A stretch of DNA of 47,091 bases from a virus (Duplodnaviria > Heunggongvirae > Uroviricota > Caudoviricetes), in the IMG/VR virus record IMGVR_UViG_2541047918_000004. The stretch is one strand, 5' to 3'. The notes under the pieces are model-generated. The model was given only the letters and a program-made list of their open reading frames with translations. It was not told the origin of the DNA and did not search any database. The number at the start of each line of letters is the position of its first letter. Positions within the stretch are counted from its first letter, which is position 1. Below, one piece after another: positions 18,593-29,195 of this stretch. A program made the translations under genes and the position numbers.

Positions 18593-19330
18593 TCAGAATT
18601 TCAGGCCAATGCCTGCAAATAAACCATCAGTTTTCCAGTCGCCAGAGCCTGAGCTTTCATAAGTGACGTCCATAGTAACACTTTCATTGAAGTTAAATTG
18701 CGCGCCGACAGACCATGCAATAGACGTTTTTTTGGTGCTGTTACTTTCAGAAAAACTACCGGCACCATGATTAAGATTGTCGTTAATTTTCAAGTCAGTG
18801 GTGACTTTTGCAACCCCCATGCCAGCCATTGCATACACACTGAGGTATTCGTTAAACCGCCACGAAGGACCGGATAGTAGACTCCAGTAATTAGCCCTGA
18901 TATCAGTTCTCGCTGAAGCTGCCGGGTTTTTTACCTCTCGTGATGGATCGGAAGGCTTAACATCAATAAATGCCTGCGCATTAGTCATGGAGCGCGCCCA
19001 TGTAAAAGAGGCTATAACACCCAGTTCATCAGTTATCTCGTAACGATACCTGATGCTCATCCCCAGGGGGCTTTTGGCTGTGCCGTCATGCCCCCGGGCA
19101 ATAGCATTTTCGTATTCAGCTGATGAATTAAAATGGTTTACGTTTACAACATTCCTGAACGTATCCCGGTTATAAACACCCGCGTCTCTAACAAAATCCT
19201 TCAGCCCGGGGAAGCGTATGTGTGCAAACCCGAGAGATACCGTACTATCGCCTGATGCTGCATTTACCTGTGCAGTTAAGCAACTCATCACCAGAACTGC
19301 ACACGCAAAAAATTTCATGATACTTTTCAT
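18593..19330 (-). CDS. lom: Lom/Ail/PagC-family outer-membrane beta-barrel protein
   Basis: Signal peptide; C-terminus DVTYESSGSGDWKTDGLFAGIGLKF closely parallels lambda Lom (...YEGSGSGDWRTDGFIVGVGYKF, recalled from memory); internal YRYEITDELGVIASF matches the family. AT-rich relative to flanking structural genes. Confidence 0.85.
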   Translation of the reverse strand: MKSIMKFFACAVLVMSCLTAQVNAASGDSTVSLGFAHIRFPGLKDFVRDAGVYNRDTFRNVVNVNHFNSSAEYENAIARGHDGTAKSPLGMSIRYRYEITDELGVIASFTWARSMTNAQAFIDVKPSDPSREVKNPAASARTDIRANYWSLLSGPSWRFNEYLSVYAMAGMGVAKVTTDLKINDNLNHGAGSFSESNSTKKTSIAWSVGAQFNFNESVTMDVTYESSGSGDWKTDGLFAGIGLKF

Positions 19331-19409
19331 TTTAAGTATTTCTCTGAATTAAAGGATGCGATGTCTGAAAGGAACGCTTTCGTTTTACACTATTAAAGTT
19401 TTTCTTACG

Positions 19410-20036
19410 CTAATCATATATTGAGGAATTAATAACCAGAACTTTATCTATATACGGCTTTCGGATATCCCATGTTGCACCACCGGAATAATGCTCACAG
19501 GAATATATTTTATTTCCTGTAGCACCAGTGGATGTGGTGTAAATCGGTCGGTCATAAGGTGTTCGTTTCCAGTTATAATATCCAACCAGTGCAGGCATAA
19601 TTGCGCATGGATATCCAAGGTCCTTCTCAAACTTGATATCAACTGGTATTAACTTCGCGTCAAGCAGCATCATTTCGCCATGGTAAATCATCTCACCCGA
19701 CGGGTTATACATGGCGATACCATACTCAGAAGGTTGAGTAACCATATTCGCAAAAGCATAAACAGTCGTAACACCGGGATTCGTTCCCCTGACAATTTGA
19801 TGAAGCCTTAAGGCATGATATCCATCAATTTGTTCATGCGTGTACATAACATCGGCCTTTTTCTCTGTTCTGATAAAGAAAAAACAACTTTTTCCTGACG
19901 GGATTGACGTTTTAAAAAAAGCCTTCTCAGTCGCCGGAATAGTTCCCTTATTGATCAGACACTGAGGCGTAAACCCCGGGCTTATCCACAAGCTGCCATC
20001 TGGTTTCGTAATGCTTAAACCATACATACAACTCAC
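19410..20036 (-). CDS. Hypothetical protein (208 aa), AT-rich moron or tail-tip accessory
   Basis: ORF overlapping the upstream gene by 4 nt (ATGA); no motif recognised. Confidence 0.45.
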   Translation of the reverse strand: MSCMYGLSITKPDGSLWISPGFTPQCLINKGTIPATEKAFFKTSIPSGKSCFFFIRTEKKADVMYTHEQIDGYHALRLHQIVRGTNPGVTTVYAFANMVTQPSEYGIAMYNPSGEMIYHGEMMLLDAKLIPVDIKFEKDLGYPCAIMPALVGYYNWKRTPYDRPIYTTSTGATGNKIYSCEHYSGGATWDIRKPYIDKVLVINSSIYD

Positions 20037-20314
20037 CCCCAGAATGTATAAATATATGACCCCATCCCCTGCTCAAGATTCGACCATGTCACCGTATTGC
20101 CATTAATGGTTATCTTCGGTACTTTCCGGTCCTTAAATACATTATTCCACGGAAATAATGAACAGACTGCCTGTAATGTTTTCCCTTCTGGTTTATTCGT
20201 ATACGTTTTTGATCCCGACTCCGCCGTAAACCTGTCCAGGAAAAATATGGGAGTAAGCACGCCCGTAACATTAACATTATTTCTGTTGTATATTGCAAAA
20301 CCATATTCTGCCAA
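20033..20314 (-). CDS. Hypothetical protein (93 aa)
   Basis: ORF immediately downstream of the J-like gene; no motif recognised. Confidence 0.4.
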   Translation of the reverse strand: MAEYGFAIYNRNNVNVTGVLTPIFFLDRFTAESGSKTYTNKPEGKTLQAVCSLFPWNNVFKDRKVPKITINGNTVTWSNLEQGMGSYIYTFWG

Positions 20315-20328
20315 TGTCAGCCTCCGGC

Positions 20329-21597
20329 TCAGCTTAACCTGCCTATGCGAACAGCCAGGCGTCCGTTCTGGTCATAAACTTCAATTTTATCATTGCGGAT
20401 CACCAGCCCCACATTCTGATTAGAGTAACGAATTGTCAGTTGCCCCTGCGACGTAACACTAAAAAGGCCACCAATATTCAGGTTACCCTGAGAATCAACC
20501 TGAAAGTTCCCGTTCTGAATAACAGCACTACGGATAACAGGCGACGTGATACTTGCCCCGGCTTTTACTTCATCTGCCACAACCTTCCGCGACACCAGTG
20601 TTTCAATCACCGCGTCATAAATCATCGCTTTGGGAATAACAACTTTTCCACCTGACACCGCAAAGGGATAGGCTGTGTTATCCGGGTTGTTCGGGTCAAA
20701 GACAAACAACTGCGATGCCGAAATTGCAACCTGGCTTACCGGCTTCCCTTCACCATCTTTTCCTGCAACAATTCCGATCCCCGCAGTAATTCCCTCAACG
20801 CCGGTCTTTTTTGACCACATGGCCAGGAAAGCTTCACCGCCTTCTTTATCCACCTTAGTGATGCGCTCATTTACCTTATTAAGCTCTTCACTGGTTGACT
20901 TATTCATCCCCGTAACACGGGTATCAATACCACCGATAGTTTTCAGTGTTTCTTCCCTGAGATTACCCACAACTTCCGTCGTCTCGATTGCCGCGTCCTT
21001 TACTGCCTGCCCCTGAGCATTCTTTATTTCCTTACGCAGCTCTTCCACCACCGGTGACTTTGCAGCCTCCTCCTTGATCTGGTCAATAATGGCCTGAACG
21101 CTTATCTGGGTTTGTGCGGGAGTGCCTTTTACCGCGTTCCATGGCCCTTTCACTCCCGCTGCATTAACAAAGCGTATCCAGTAGAATCCCGACCAGCCCG
21201 GATCAACCGGATCACCGTAAACCTGCCCCGGCGTCGTGGCAACCAGCACCGCATCCGAAAGGTCATCCTCCGTACCCCGCCAGATTTCAGTCAGTGAATG
21301 ACCGCGATAATTCGGCATATCCCATTCAAGAAGCACCGAACCAAATCCCCCGGTAGCCTTAAAATTCTGCGGCTTCGAGGGGAAATCAACGACCATCAGG
21401 CTACTGTCAATCTCGATCCCCGGATTCAGGGCGTATGAGACACCTCCTGAAGCCCGGCGACGGGCAAGCTTCAGACCAACCAGCTCTTCACGGGTTACAA
21501 AAGCATGACGACCATCTCCACGCTGCCCTGTGCCAATCTCCATATTTTCCACAACCGCAGATAAATCCTTTCCTGCGCGCCACGGTTTTTTTGTCAT
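20329..21597 (-). CDS. Tail fibre / host-specificity protein homologous to the C-terminal region of lambda J
   Basis: Segments such as EAFLAMWSKKTGVEGITAGIGIVAGKDGEGKPVSQVAISASQLFVFDPNN parallel the lambda J region ...[53 protein letters not shown] (from memory). Start overlaps the upstream gene stop (ATGA). Confidence 0.6.
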   Translation of the reverse strand: MTKKPWRAGKDLSAVVENMEIGTGQRGDGRHAFVTREELVGLKLARRRASGGVSYALNPGIEIDSSLMVVDFPSKPQNFKATGGFGSVLLEWDMPNYRGHSLTEIWRGTEDDLSDAVLVATTPGQVYGDPVDPGWSGFYWIRFVNAAGVKGPWNAVKGTPAQTQISVQAIIDQIKEEAAKSPVVEELRKEIKNAQGQAVKDAAIETTEVVGNLREETLKTIGGIDTRVTGMNKSTSEELNKVNERITKVDKEGGEAFLAMWSKKTGVEGITAGIGIVAGKDGEGKPVSQVAISASQLFVFDPNNPDNTAYPFAVSGGKVVIPKAMIYDAVIETLVSRKVVADEVKAGASITSPVIRSAVIQNGNFQVDSQGNLNIGGLFSVTSQGQLTIRYSNQNVGLVIRNDKIEVYDQNGRLAVRIGRLS

Positions 21598-23297
21598 ACC
21601 GGCAGCTCCGACATCGATGTACTGAGTGTGATACGTTCAACCTGACCAAAACCAGAAACCAGCATCTGCCAGTTTTGCCCGGTTGCAGCAGGTAACCTCA
21701 CAACGCGTCCTGAAAAGCTTCCTGGTGCAAGGTGAATCACCGGCACATCATCAGCCAGCACAGTAATTCCCACCCGCTCTGGCGTCGGAGACTTCACACT
21801 GAGACAGGAAAAAGAGGTTCTTTCCGGAAGGGAAAATACCTTTGAATGCCATCTGATTGTCGACGGCAAACTCCCTCCGGCAATCGCAGACATGTTTTGT
21901 CCTGATACCACCCGCATAACATCGTTAACCAGGTCAACACATGCGCAGTCAAACGGCGTACTGAGGTACCGGATATCCATGTTCGCCGGGCTGAAGACAA
22001 ACACATCCTGCTTACCATCCGGTTTCGTGTAACAGGCAATGTATTCACCACGCCAGGGATAAGCCACAATGGAGGCCGGATTAAACTGACTCTGCCACTG
22101 TTCCGGTGAAATAATCTGTTCCGTCGCCAGAGCGGCATTACCGTTTGCATCAACAGACACCAGGCCATTTGTTCCTGCATACAGCACAAAGCCCTCCATC
22201 GCGACCATACTCCGCCTGCTCAGACACGCCTGCATTGAAGGGATTCTGGAACCAGAAATTGTGGACGGTGAGACCCCACTGAACAAATAAGGCTCACCCT
22301 TTGTCGCCACCACCAGTGATGTTCCGAGCGGACAGATAGCCACAATATCTTCTGCCGTCGTGTGACGATTCACTTCCGGCCATGCATACGGCAGATACGC
22401 TTCCGAAAACATCACTTCATTACCGGCAAACCCGGCGGCAATACCGTTAGCCATCAGGCAAAGGCCTGTCATATTCTCTGGCGGCGGCAGGTAATCCCAT
22501 GTCGCCAGCGAAGGTCCAAGGTTTTTCGCCGGTATTTTGTCCGTGTAACTGAGCACGGATGCATCCAGTTCAGCCACAAGTAAAAAATCCGCCTCCCCTC
22601 CACCTGATGCAGAACGATAAATACGACGACGTTTAATACTGGCATTCTGCAATGGCACCGGAGCCAGCGTCAGTTGTACCGCAGTTCCCGGAGTACGGAG
22701 TGTTACCTCCAGAGACGCCGGACCTGGCGGACCTTCTTCACCATAATCTGAGACAAAGGTTTCCGTATAAAACCGGGTTTCATCATCATTCGGGTTATCG
22801 TCAGAAACATCACCGCCCTGCTGAACAGTACAGACAGGAGCTGTCGTCGGCGCGGGGATCCCCAGACGATACGATGATGTCGGGTGATTCCCGTCCCCTT
22901 TTGTGGCAATGGTCGCATCCGTCACTTTAGGAAAACGCCCGTCAGTGTAGTAAATACGCCCGTGGGGGTCCTGAGCGATCGGACTGCGGATCACATCCAC
23001 CACATCCGGCCATGCAAACCAGAAATCGTCACGGTAATGAAAAATTGTTTTTGGCTTAATTGTGAATGTTTTCTCAACCCCGGATATCTGACGTTCTGGT
23101 GTAATAACACCAAACCGGAAATGGCAGTCCTCCGCCAGTACAGCGGAATGCTCGGGCAGCATGGATGTCACAACGCGCGGCATCATCCCACGCATCGTGG
23201 TGATATCGATATAGGGCATAGAAATTCCTTTGACTGCTTCAGGCTTAAAAATCAGGGGATTTATGATGGAATTCGCTAAAATCGCGATCGGTATCAC
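21594..23297 (-). CDS. Putative tail-tip/tail-associated protein (567 aa)
   Basis: Long ORF translationally coupled to the J-like gene; assignment is by position only. Confidence 0.45.
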   Translation of the reverse strand: MIPIAILANSIINPLIFKPEAVKGISMPYIDITTMRGMMPRVVTSMLPEHSAVLAEDCHFRFGVITPERQISGVEKTFTIKPKTIFHYRDDFWFAWPDVVDVIRSPIAQDPHGRIYYTDGRFPKVTDATIATKGDGNHPTSSYRLGIPAPTTAPVCTVQQGGDVSDDNPNDDETRFYTETFVSDYGEEGPPGPASLEVTLRTPGTAVQLTLAPVPLQNASIKRRRIYRSASGGGEADFLLVAELDASVLSYTDKIPAKNLGPSLATWDYLPPPENMTGLCLMANGIAAGFAGNEVMFSEAYLPYAWPEVNRHTTAEDIVAICPLGTSLVVATKGEPYLFSGVSPSTISGSRIPSMQACLSRRSMVAMEGFVLYAGTNGLVSVDANGNAALATEQIISPEQWQSQFNPASIVAYPWRGEYIACYTKPDGKQDVFVFSPANMDIRYLSTPFDCACVDLVNDVMRVVSGQNMSAIAGGSLPSTIRWHSKVFSLPERTSFSCLSVKSPTPERVGITVLADDVPVIHLAPGSFSGRVVRLPAATGQNWQMLVSGFGQVERITLSTSMSELPV

Positions 23298-23371
23298 TGC
23301 AACAGAGTGTTGCTATGATATTCTGGACAAGACGTAACAACTCACTAATTGTTATCAAACGTCTTTCTTCT

Positions 23372-23400
23372 GGTCGGGGAGCATGTTGCTCCCCTTTTTT
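23372..23400 (+). terminator. Intrinsic-terminator-like hairpin plus T7 on the plus strand
   Basis: ggggagca-tgt-tgctcccc followed by TTTTTTT on the plus strand; no convincing plus-strand gene upstream, so the role is unclear. Confidence 0.3.
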
Positions 23401-23528
23401 TACTGCATTACCACCGCAGCTGTAGCAACAAGAGCCAGCACACCACCAAGCCACACAAACAGCATGAAGCACATTGCGCCTGTGGTGTAACGTTTTCTCC
23501 CGTATCTCCGGTCTCTGTCTTTGTTCAT
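23400..23528 (-). CDS. Small hydrophobic peptide (42 aa), paralogue of 4492..4617
   Basis: Within track ORF 23400..23582; start placed at the second of two adjacent Met codons with an AAGGTG-like ribosome-binding site 6 nt upstream. Sequence MNKDRDRRYGRKRYTTGAMCFMLFVWLGGVLALVATAAVVMQ. Confidence 0.4.
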   Translation of the reverse strand: MNKDRDRRYGRKRYTTGAMCFMLFVWLGGVLALVATAAVVMQ

Positions 23529-23581
23529 CATCTGCACCTTCTGAATCATCAGAAGATGCCGCGCATCCGGCAGGACCGCCA

Positions 23582-24052
23582 TCAGGCACCAACAAGCCGT
23601 CTGACGCTCACACCATACAGCCCGTTTTTCGCCATTCCCGTATACAGAAAGGTATTCACCGTCTTTGTGTTAATACCCATCTCACTGGCAAGGCGGCAGG
23701 GTCTCGACTGGCGGTAGACATAACCGAACATCACCACCATCTCTGACATCGTCAGCGGGCGGGCAGCACTGTTATACGTCCAGACGCCGTTGTGTATGGC
23801 ATCACTTATCTGCTCACCATCACGGAGCAACTCCGCATCCAGTTGCAGAAAATGACGCCCCTGGAACATACAGCGCATCAGCCTGCCCAGCAGGCCATCA
23901 CTGATTATCAGCCAGGATTCGTCAAAGTCCGGGATATAACGGCGGTTCTCCGGCAGGAAAAACTCCCTCGCCAGTATCACACTGTGCCCCTTCAGTAACG
24001 CCTGCAGACCATACTCCAGATAGCGGTTCCTGGTAGCCAGAATCACCTTCAT
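23582..24052 (-). CDS. LuxR/GerE-type HTH transcriptional regulator (about 156 aa), paralogue of 4671..5144
   Basis: Start inferred at MKVILATRNRYLEYGLQ; C-terminal LTMSEMVVMFGYVYRQSRPCRLASEMGINTKTVNTFLY is a LuxR-type HTH; roughly 75 percent identical to the copy at 4671..5144. Confidence 0.5.
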   Translation of the reverse strand: MKVILATRNRYLEYGLQALLKGHSVILAREFFLPENRRYIPDFDESWLIISDGLLGRLMRCMFQGRHFLQLDAELLRDGEQISDAIHNGVWTYNSAARPLTMSEMVVMFGYVYRQSRPCRLASEMGINTKTVNTFLYTGMAKNGLYGVSVRRLVGA

Positions 24053-24140
24053 CGCAGCACCTTCCTGTTTTTTATGCCCCATGAAAAACGGCAGACCAGA
24101 GTCCTGCGCCTGCCGCCATACTTCATGTCACTTTCAGCAA

Positions 24141-25652
24141 TTAAAACTCGAAGTTAACGCCCATGTTGTAGGACACATCGCCATCACTCGCTGCAATACC
24201 CGCTTTCGCTGCGGTCTGCTCGTTGAAACGGTAACCAACACCCACGGCAACAGCCTGTTTATCACTGTACCCCCCCAGGGCAGCAGTGGCGTTGAATTTC
24301 CCCACACTGTACGGCTGGAAAAGCCCCGCCAGCGCTGCACTCTGTGCTGCTGCACGCTTCATCTCTTCGTGATTCTCACGAATTTGACGCTGCTGACTGT
24401 TCAGGCGTGCATTATGCTCCTGCAACTGGCGAGTATTGGACTGAATAGCCTGTGTATTTTTAGTAACCCGGCGGTCAACGCTACCAACTGCATAATCAAT
24501 ACGGTCTGTTCTGCCAGACAGAGCAACGAGACCATCATTGACGGCGATAGTTTTAGTCGCACCTTCTGCACGGGTAAGTTTTCCGTCAGGGTTCACACCA
24601 ACTGTCGTTCTGGAGTCTGTATATTCACGAGACTTTTTCGCTTCGACTACAAGGCGGGTATTCGTATCCTGAGCCAGTTGCTCAACACTGTCTTTTACAC
24701 GGTCAACCTGACGAACGGTTGCAGCATCTGAGGGACGAGTACCGTCACTCAGACCACCAAGCACCCGGGTTTTATAAGCCTTACCCGGCTCTGCTTCATA
24801 ACCGATATAAACCTCATTGTCACGGGTTGTGCGTGAATTAGCTCCTAATGCAACACTGTTTTTATTTGTTACTGTTGCCTTTGCCCCTAACGCAGTACCT
24901 TCTGTTGCATTTTTATCCACTTTTGCTTTGGCTCCTAATGCAACACCTTCAGTTGCATTTTCATCCACTTTTGCGTAATTACCTATAGCGGTACCATAAA
25001 TAGCAGAACCATCAACATAAGCAGCTGTTCCGGCGGCTGTTGAAGCATCTGCATAGGCATATGCTCCCACTCCCAGAGCTGTACTTTGTTTACCGTCCGC
25101 AGCAGCCCATGAGCCCACTGCTGTTGCAAATTTTTTATCCGCTCTGGCCCCTGTACCAACAGCTACTGAGAACTCACCAGAGGCTTTCGCATCGCTACCC
25201 AGAGAAACCTTCCCATTCTCCCCATCTTCGACGCTGAAACCTGTAATTTTTGTTCTCTGCAGACTGTATACTTTGTTATATACATCACGAACAACGCTAT
25301 CAGTCATTCTGTGCGACTGAGACGGTCCATTCTTTTTTTTCTCAGCTGTTTGAGCAAAATCGTTCAGCGCACCGTCATGAATTGTGTACGTAATGCCACT
25401 GCCATTGATTATTACATCCCCATTTGAATCAAATGTGAAAAGTGTCCTCTTGCCGTTGTTCTTCTCTTTTACTTCGTATTTGAAGTTACCATTATCGCCT
25501 GTCTTTACAACTTCATAGGTATTCCCCCATTTATTGTTACCTGTGGCATACGGCACTGTGTATTTTTCTTCCTGCGCACTCACCCCACCACTCATCACCA
25601 GAAGCCCGGCCAGAGAAGATGACAGGAGTGTCATTGTAAACTTTTTACTCAT
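24141..25652 (-). CDS. Trimeric autotransporter adhesin, Eib-like (YadA-like head repeats, stalk and anchor)
   Basis: Signal peptide [27 protein letters not shown]; seven or more YadA-type head repeats ([58 protein letters not shown]); coiled-coil stalk; YadA-like C-terminal anchor. Size and prophage location resemble E. coli immunoglobulin-binding Eib proteins; the Eib assignment is from memory of the family. Confidence 0.8.
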   Translation of the reverse strand: MSKKFTMTLLSSSLAGLLVMSGGVSAQEEKYTVPYATGNNKWGNTYEVVKTGDNGNFKYEVKEKNNGKRTLFTFDSNGDVIINGSGITYTIHDGALNDFAQTAEKKKNGPSQSHRMTDSVVRDVYNKVYSLQRTKITGFSVEDGENGKVSLGSDAKASGEFSVAVGTGARADKKFATAVGSWAAADGKQSTALGVGAYAYADASTAAGTAAYVDGSAIYGTAIGNYAKVDENATEGVALGAKAKVDKNATEGTALGAKATVTNKNSVALGANSRTTRDNEVYIGYEAEPGKAYKTRVLGGLSDGTRPSDAATVRQVDRVKDSVEQLAQDTNTRLVVEAKKSREYTDSRTTVGVNPDGKLTRAEGATKTIAVNDGLVALSGRTDRIDYAVGSVDRRVTKNTQAIQSNTRQLQEHNARLNSQQRQIRENHEEMKRAAAQSAALAGLFQPYSVGKFNATAALGGYSDKQAVAVGVGYRFNEQTAAKAGIAASDGDVSYNMGVNFEF

Positions 25653-25888
25653 TATGGATATCCTGTTAAATTATCTGTATACAAATCAGCCGCAACACCT
25701 CACACTCATAAAAAAGTCTGATTAATTACGGCTTTTTTCAGGATATTCCGAAAATAAATTTAAAAATTAATTTTATAAATTTAGGATTTGTCTTACATTA
25801 TTCTGGGCATACCTGCTCACGCATACGACCACACCGCCGGAACAGATATCAGAAAAAACTTACCCCAGTCAGACTTGCTGTTTCACAT

Positions 25889-25903
25889 CTGCTTACACTG
25901 TAA
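25889..25903. promoter_or_regulatory. Conserved 15-bp motif CTGCTTACACTGTAA upstream of the Eib-like gene
   Basis: Exact match to 6468..6482 and 18223..18237. Confidence 0.35.
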
Positions 25904-26015
25904 TTTGTGAACAAAATTACAACATCAGAAAAAATTAACTATTCAGTTAACATAAAATATTTACAGGAGGAATAGTTCATGAGGGAAAGAAATGTTTCCC
26001 CCATATTTTTATCTG

Positions 26016-26603
26016 TTATTCCTGTGCCCAGCCAACCCTGTATGCCAGTATCTCATCCGCACTGGTCAGCTTTTCCAGCTCTTTCTTCATGGTGCGCTGC
26101 CGGACGTGGATTTCCATCCCTTTGGTAAACATCGCCTGCTCTGCAGCAGCACTCAGAGCAATCAGTGTTTCAGCGTCCATCGGTACGTCATTATTGTCCG
26201 CATCCGTCCAGAAAAACGCCTCCGGCAGTTTCCCCGCTTTCGCTGCCGCCACCGACGGCTCAAGACGCGTCTGCGTTGACTTCCCGTAGTCCCATTTACG
26301 CCCATTGTGCTCAAACGTGTAGTTCGCCGCTTCCATCGCATTACGCCAGGCGTTGATCCCGGCGGTTTTGAGTTCTCTGGCTTTTTCCGGGCTGATGGAT
26401 GGCTGTACATATTCTGCAATTTCACCGGCCTCTCCTCTCAGACAAGCGGCATAAATATCCCGCCCGTATGCTTCGGTATCGCTGGCTGTTGCAGTGAAAG
26501 GAACCGCCTGCTCAATGTGCTCAAACTTCACCATGCAATTGACAGCAGTGTGCTCTTTATCTGCCCATTGCGGATTGCTTATTTTTTCCACATTCATGTT
26601 CAT
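26016..26603 (-). CDS. Hypothetical protein downstream of the tail fibre, possible fibre chaperone (about 195 aa)
   Basis: Track ORF 26016..26723 overlaps the tail fibre 3' end; start placed at the internal Met (MNMNVEKISNPQW) 11 nt after the fibre stop. Function is by position only. Confidence 0.4.
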   Translation of the reverse strand: MNMNVEKISNPQWADKEHTAVNCMVKFEHIEQAVPFTATASDTEAYGRDIYAACLRGEAGEIAEYVQPSISPEKARELKTAGINAWRNAMEAANYTFEHNGRKWDYGKSTQTRLEPSVAAAKAGKLPEAFFWTDADNNDVPMDAETLIALSAAAEQAMFTKGMEIHVRQRTMKKELEKLTSADEILAYRVGWAQE

Positions 26604-26613
26604 CTCCTGTCTG

Positions 26614-28548
26614 TCAGTATGCGCGCTGGAACAGCCCGATGCTTTCATTGTCATTTGTCGACGTAATTTCATTACACACCATCCATGAGCCCGGAACTGA
26701 GGATAGGTTGCCGTCAATGCCATCGGTGTTAGCTTTCATATAGTTTCCGTTTTCGTCTTTGATTAGGGCGCATCGCTTAAGGCGTGAACCCGATACAGTT
26801 TCTCCTGGCTGATAGGTTCTGCCGATGTCGGTTATATACGGGGCTAGTGCGGCAATAATGTATGTTCCGATGCTGTAAATTTCCCCGGGTACCAGCCTTC
26901 CGGTTGGCCCTTGTGGTCCCTGTGGTCCGGGTTCACCTGTCGGGCCCTGTGGACCTGTCGGGCCCTGTCTTCCTGTTTCTCCCTGCAAACCTCGTGGCCC
27001 CGTTTTACCCGCAGGACCTGCCGGACCAACCGGCCCCGGAACACCCTGTGCCCCCGCTGGACCCCTTTCACCTCGTGGCCCTGCCGGGCCTGCATCACCT
27101 TTGGGACCAGCTGCACCAGCCGGTCCCCGTGGGCCTGCGGGCCCCACTGCACCAGGTGCGCCAGGTTCCCCCCTGTCCCCCTTCGGTCCGGGGACTGCTG
27201 CCCGGGTTGCTGCCTCTTCTGCCTTCGTTTTTGCTGCCTGCACTTCTGCCATTACCGCTTTCACAGCCTTTGGGGTTGCCGCTTTTGTTTCATCATCGCT
27301 GTTGGTATCGCTGCTCAGCTGTACAACACCTTTCTGTGATGTGCTGGCATCCGGAACACTGGCGACACTGCCTGCGGGACCCGCAGGACCTGCGGGGCCG
27401 GTTTCTCCCCGAGGGCCTGCGGGACCTGCCGGACCTGTTGCGCCGGGTTCACCTTTATCCCCTTTCGGGCCGGTTTGCCCTGCCGGACCCTGTGGTCCGG
27501 GTGGTCCGGCCTCTCCACGTGGGCCGGTGTCACCTTTCGGCCCCGGCTCACCTCTCGGACCAGCATCCCCCTTTGGTCCCTGAGGCCCCCCCGGGTCTCC
27601 TTTTTCGCCTCTGGCCCCGGTTTCACCACGCGGCCCCATTGCTCCCTGTGGCCCGGTCGCACCACGTGGGCCAGATGGCCCTGTTGCGCCAGCTGGCCCC
27701 TGCACTCCCTGAGGTCCCCGTTCTCCTGTATCACCTTTCTGGCCCGGTATGCCCTGAGGTCCGCGCTCTCCCTGCTCACCTTTCTCCCCACGCGGACCCG
27801 CCGGACCTGTTTCACCACGAGGACCAGCATCACCTTTCGGCCCTGTATCGCCTTTAGGTCCTCGTGCATTCTCAGCCATACGTCTGGCTTCTTCAGCACT
27901 AACTGTAGCAGCCTCAGCACGTTTAAGAACGTCTCCGGCGGCCTCCTGAGCCACTCTGGCGGTTTCAGCATGTCGTCTGGCCTCTTTAGCGTCAGCTGCC
28001 GCTGCCTTTTCAGACTCACCTGCCCGGGTCGCCGCCTCTGCAGCCTCACTGGCTTTTTGTGCAGACTCCGTCGCTTTGCTGGTCGCAGCCTTCGCGCTTT
28101 CTGATGCAGTCTTCGCACTGGCAGCAGCGCTTTCCTTCGACTGTGAAGCCTGATTATTTTTCACCGCCGTGTCTTCGTTCAGACGACGAATCGTGGCAAG
28201 GTCATCCGCCACATTGTTCTGTATCTGCCGGAAATCTGTCAGCAGTTCTCCGGGTATGCTCACCTCAACAAGACTGCGGCGTAACAGCATATTGAGCGTC
28301 ACCGTACTTTCAGTCCCCTCAATACGCACACGTCCGTAGACAGCAGTCTTCCCTTTCACCGTCACAGAAACCGCATACTCCCCCGGCTCCAGCGTCATTC
28401 CGTAATACCCGCCGTCACGAGTCACTGCTGACGCACTGGTGCCGCTGAGCGCATCCGGTGAAACTGTCAGCGCCGTCAGGGTAATATTTGCGCCTGATAT
28501 CGCCTCACCATCAGGAGATTTCAGCGTCCCCGAAACAACAACACTCAC
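26614..28548 (-). CDS. Tail fibre protein with collagen-like Gly-X-Y repeats
   Basis: Two long uninterrupted G-X-Y tracts ([37 protein letters not shown]...) spanning roughly aa 225-540, flanked by non-collagenous N- and C-terminal domains. Start overlaps the upstream gene stop. Confidence 0.8.
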   Translation of the reverse strand: MSVVVSGTLKSPDGEAISGANITLTALTVSPDALSGTSASAVTRDGGYYGMTLEPGEYAVSVTVKGKTAVYGRVRIEGTESTVTLNMLLRRSLVEVSIPGELLTDFRQIQNNVADDLATIRRLNEDTAVKNNQASQSKESAAASAKTASESAKAATSKATESAQKASEAAEAATRAGESEKAAAADAKEARRHAETARVAQEAAGDVLKRAEAATVSAEEARRMAENARGPKGDTGPKGDAGPRGETGPAGPRGEKGEQGERGPQGIPGQKGDTGERGPQGVQGPAGATGPSGPRGATGPQGAMGPRGETGARGEKGDPGGPQGPKGDAGPRGEPGPKGDTGPRGEAGPPGPQGPAGQTGPKGDKGEPGATGPAGPAGPRGETGPAGPAGPAGSVASVPDASTSQKGVVQLSSDTNSDDETKAATPKAVKAVMAEVQAAKTKAEEAATRAAVPGPKGDRGEPGAPGAVGPAGPRGPAGAAGPKGDAGPAGPRGERGPAGAQGVPGPVGPAGPAGKTGPRGLQGETGRQGPTGPQGPTGEPGPQGPQGPTGRLVPGEIYSIGTYIIAALAPYITDIGRTYQPGETVSGSRLKRCALIKDENGNYMKANTDGIDGNLSSVPGSWMVCNEITSTNDNESIGLFQRAY

Positions 28549-29195
28549 ATTCCACCTCCGTTAAACACCTTCTTGCGGGCAGACAATGCACTGTCTGCAC
28601 CCTGTTTAATCCCGAGCTGCTCAACAAAACTCTGATAATGTTGTGCTGCCAGTCCTGACTCTGCACCACCGGCTGCATCCTTGCTGAATGCACGAAACAA
28701 CATCCAGTCAACCAGCGGGTTAACATAAGCCTCTTCCAGCGGTACAGGCGTGTCATCATCCTGCGTCAGAACATACACCGCCTCCGGAATGCGGCTGACC
28801 ACAGCATCAACACTCACAGCCTCCTCCGGTGCCGGAAACAGCCAGAACACGCGCGGGGCAAGGTCACTGCTGATAAAGCATTCCGGTTTCCCCCTCAGCA
28901 TGTGCCAGTCGGGATACTGTGCATCAAGCACCTCACGGGATTGCGGTTTTATAGCACTGCCATCGCTGAGGCATATCACGTCAAGAAGCTGTATTGCGCC
29001 ATCAGGCAAAGTCTGACGTGCACCAGGAACACAATTCAGCGTCTCCAGACTTGCGCCTGCATCCGGCCTTGCCAGAATCACCGCCCGCACAGCATCATTG
29101 TAATAATCACACAGCTCAGCCAGAGGCCAGCGCACCATCATCGGGTCAACCAGTTGCGTGTTCACTCGTCCGATGATTTCAGTAATCGTCGTCAT
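28545..29195 (-). CDS. Hypothetical head/tail completion protein (216 aa)
   Basis: ORF translationally coupled (ATGA overlaps) to both neighbours in the structural operon. Confidence 0.5.
   Translation of the reverse strand: MTTITEIIGRVNTQLVDPMMVRWPLAELCDYYNDAVRAVILARPDAGASLETLNCVPGARQTLPDGAIQLLDVICLSDGSAIKPQSREVLDAQYPDWHMLRGKPECFISSDLAPRVFWLFPAPEEAVSVDAVVSRIPEAVYVLTQDDDTPVPLEEAYVNPLVDWMLFRAFSKDAAGGAESGLAAQHYQSFVEQLGIKQGADSALSARKKVFNGGGM

Larger units (their letters stand above)
23400..25970. repeat. Copy B of the duplicated autotransporter/regulator/peptide cassette
   Basis: See copy A (4492..6540). Confidence 0.8.

Noticed and set aside
26862-28118. Long ORFs on both strands overlapping the collagen-like tail fibre gene (for example 26862..27857 plus strand, 27315..28118 minus strand)
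   Set aside because: Artefacts of the GC-rich G-X-Y repeat DNA, which is open in several frames; their translations are low-complexity Pro/Arg/Leu strings.
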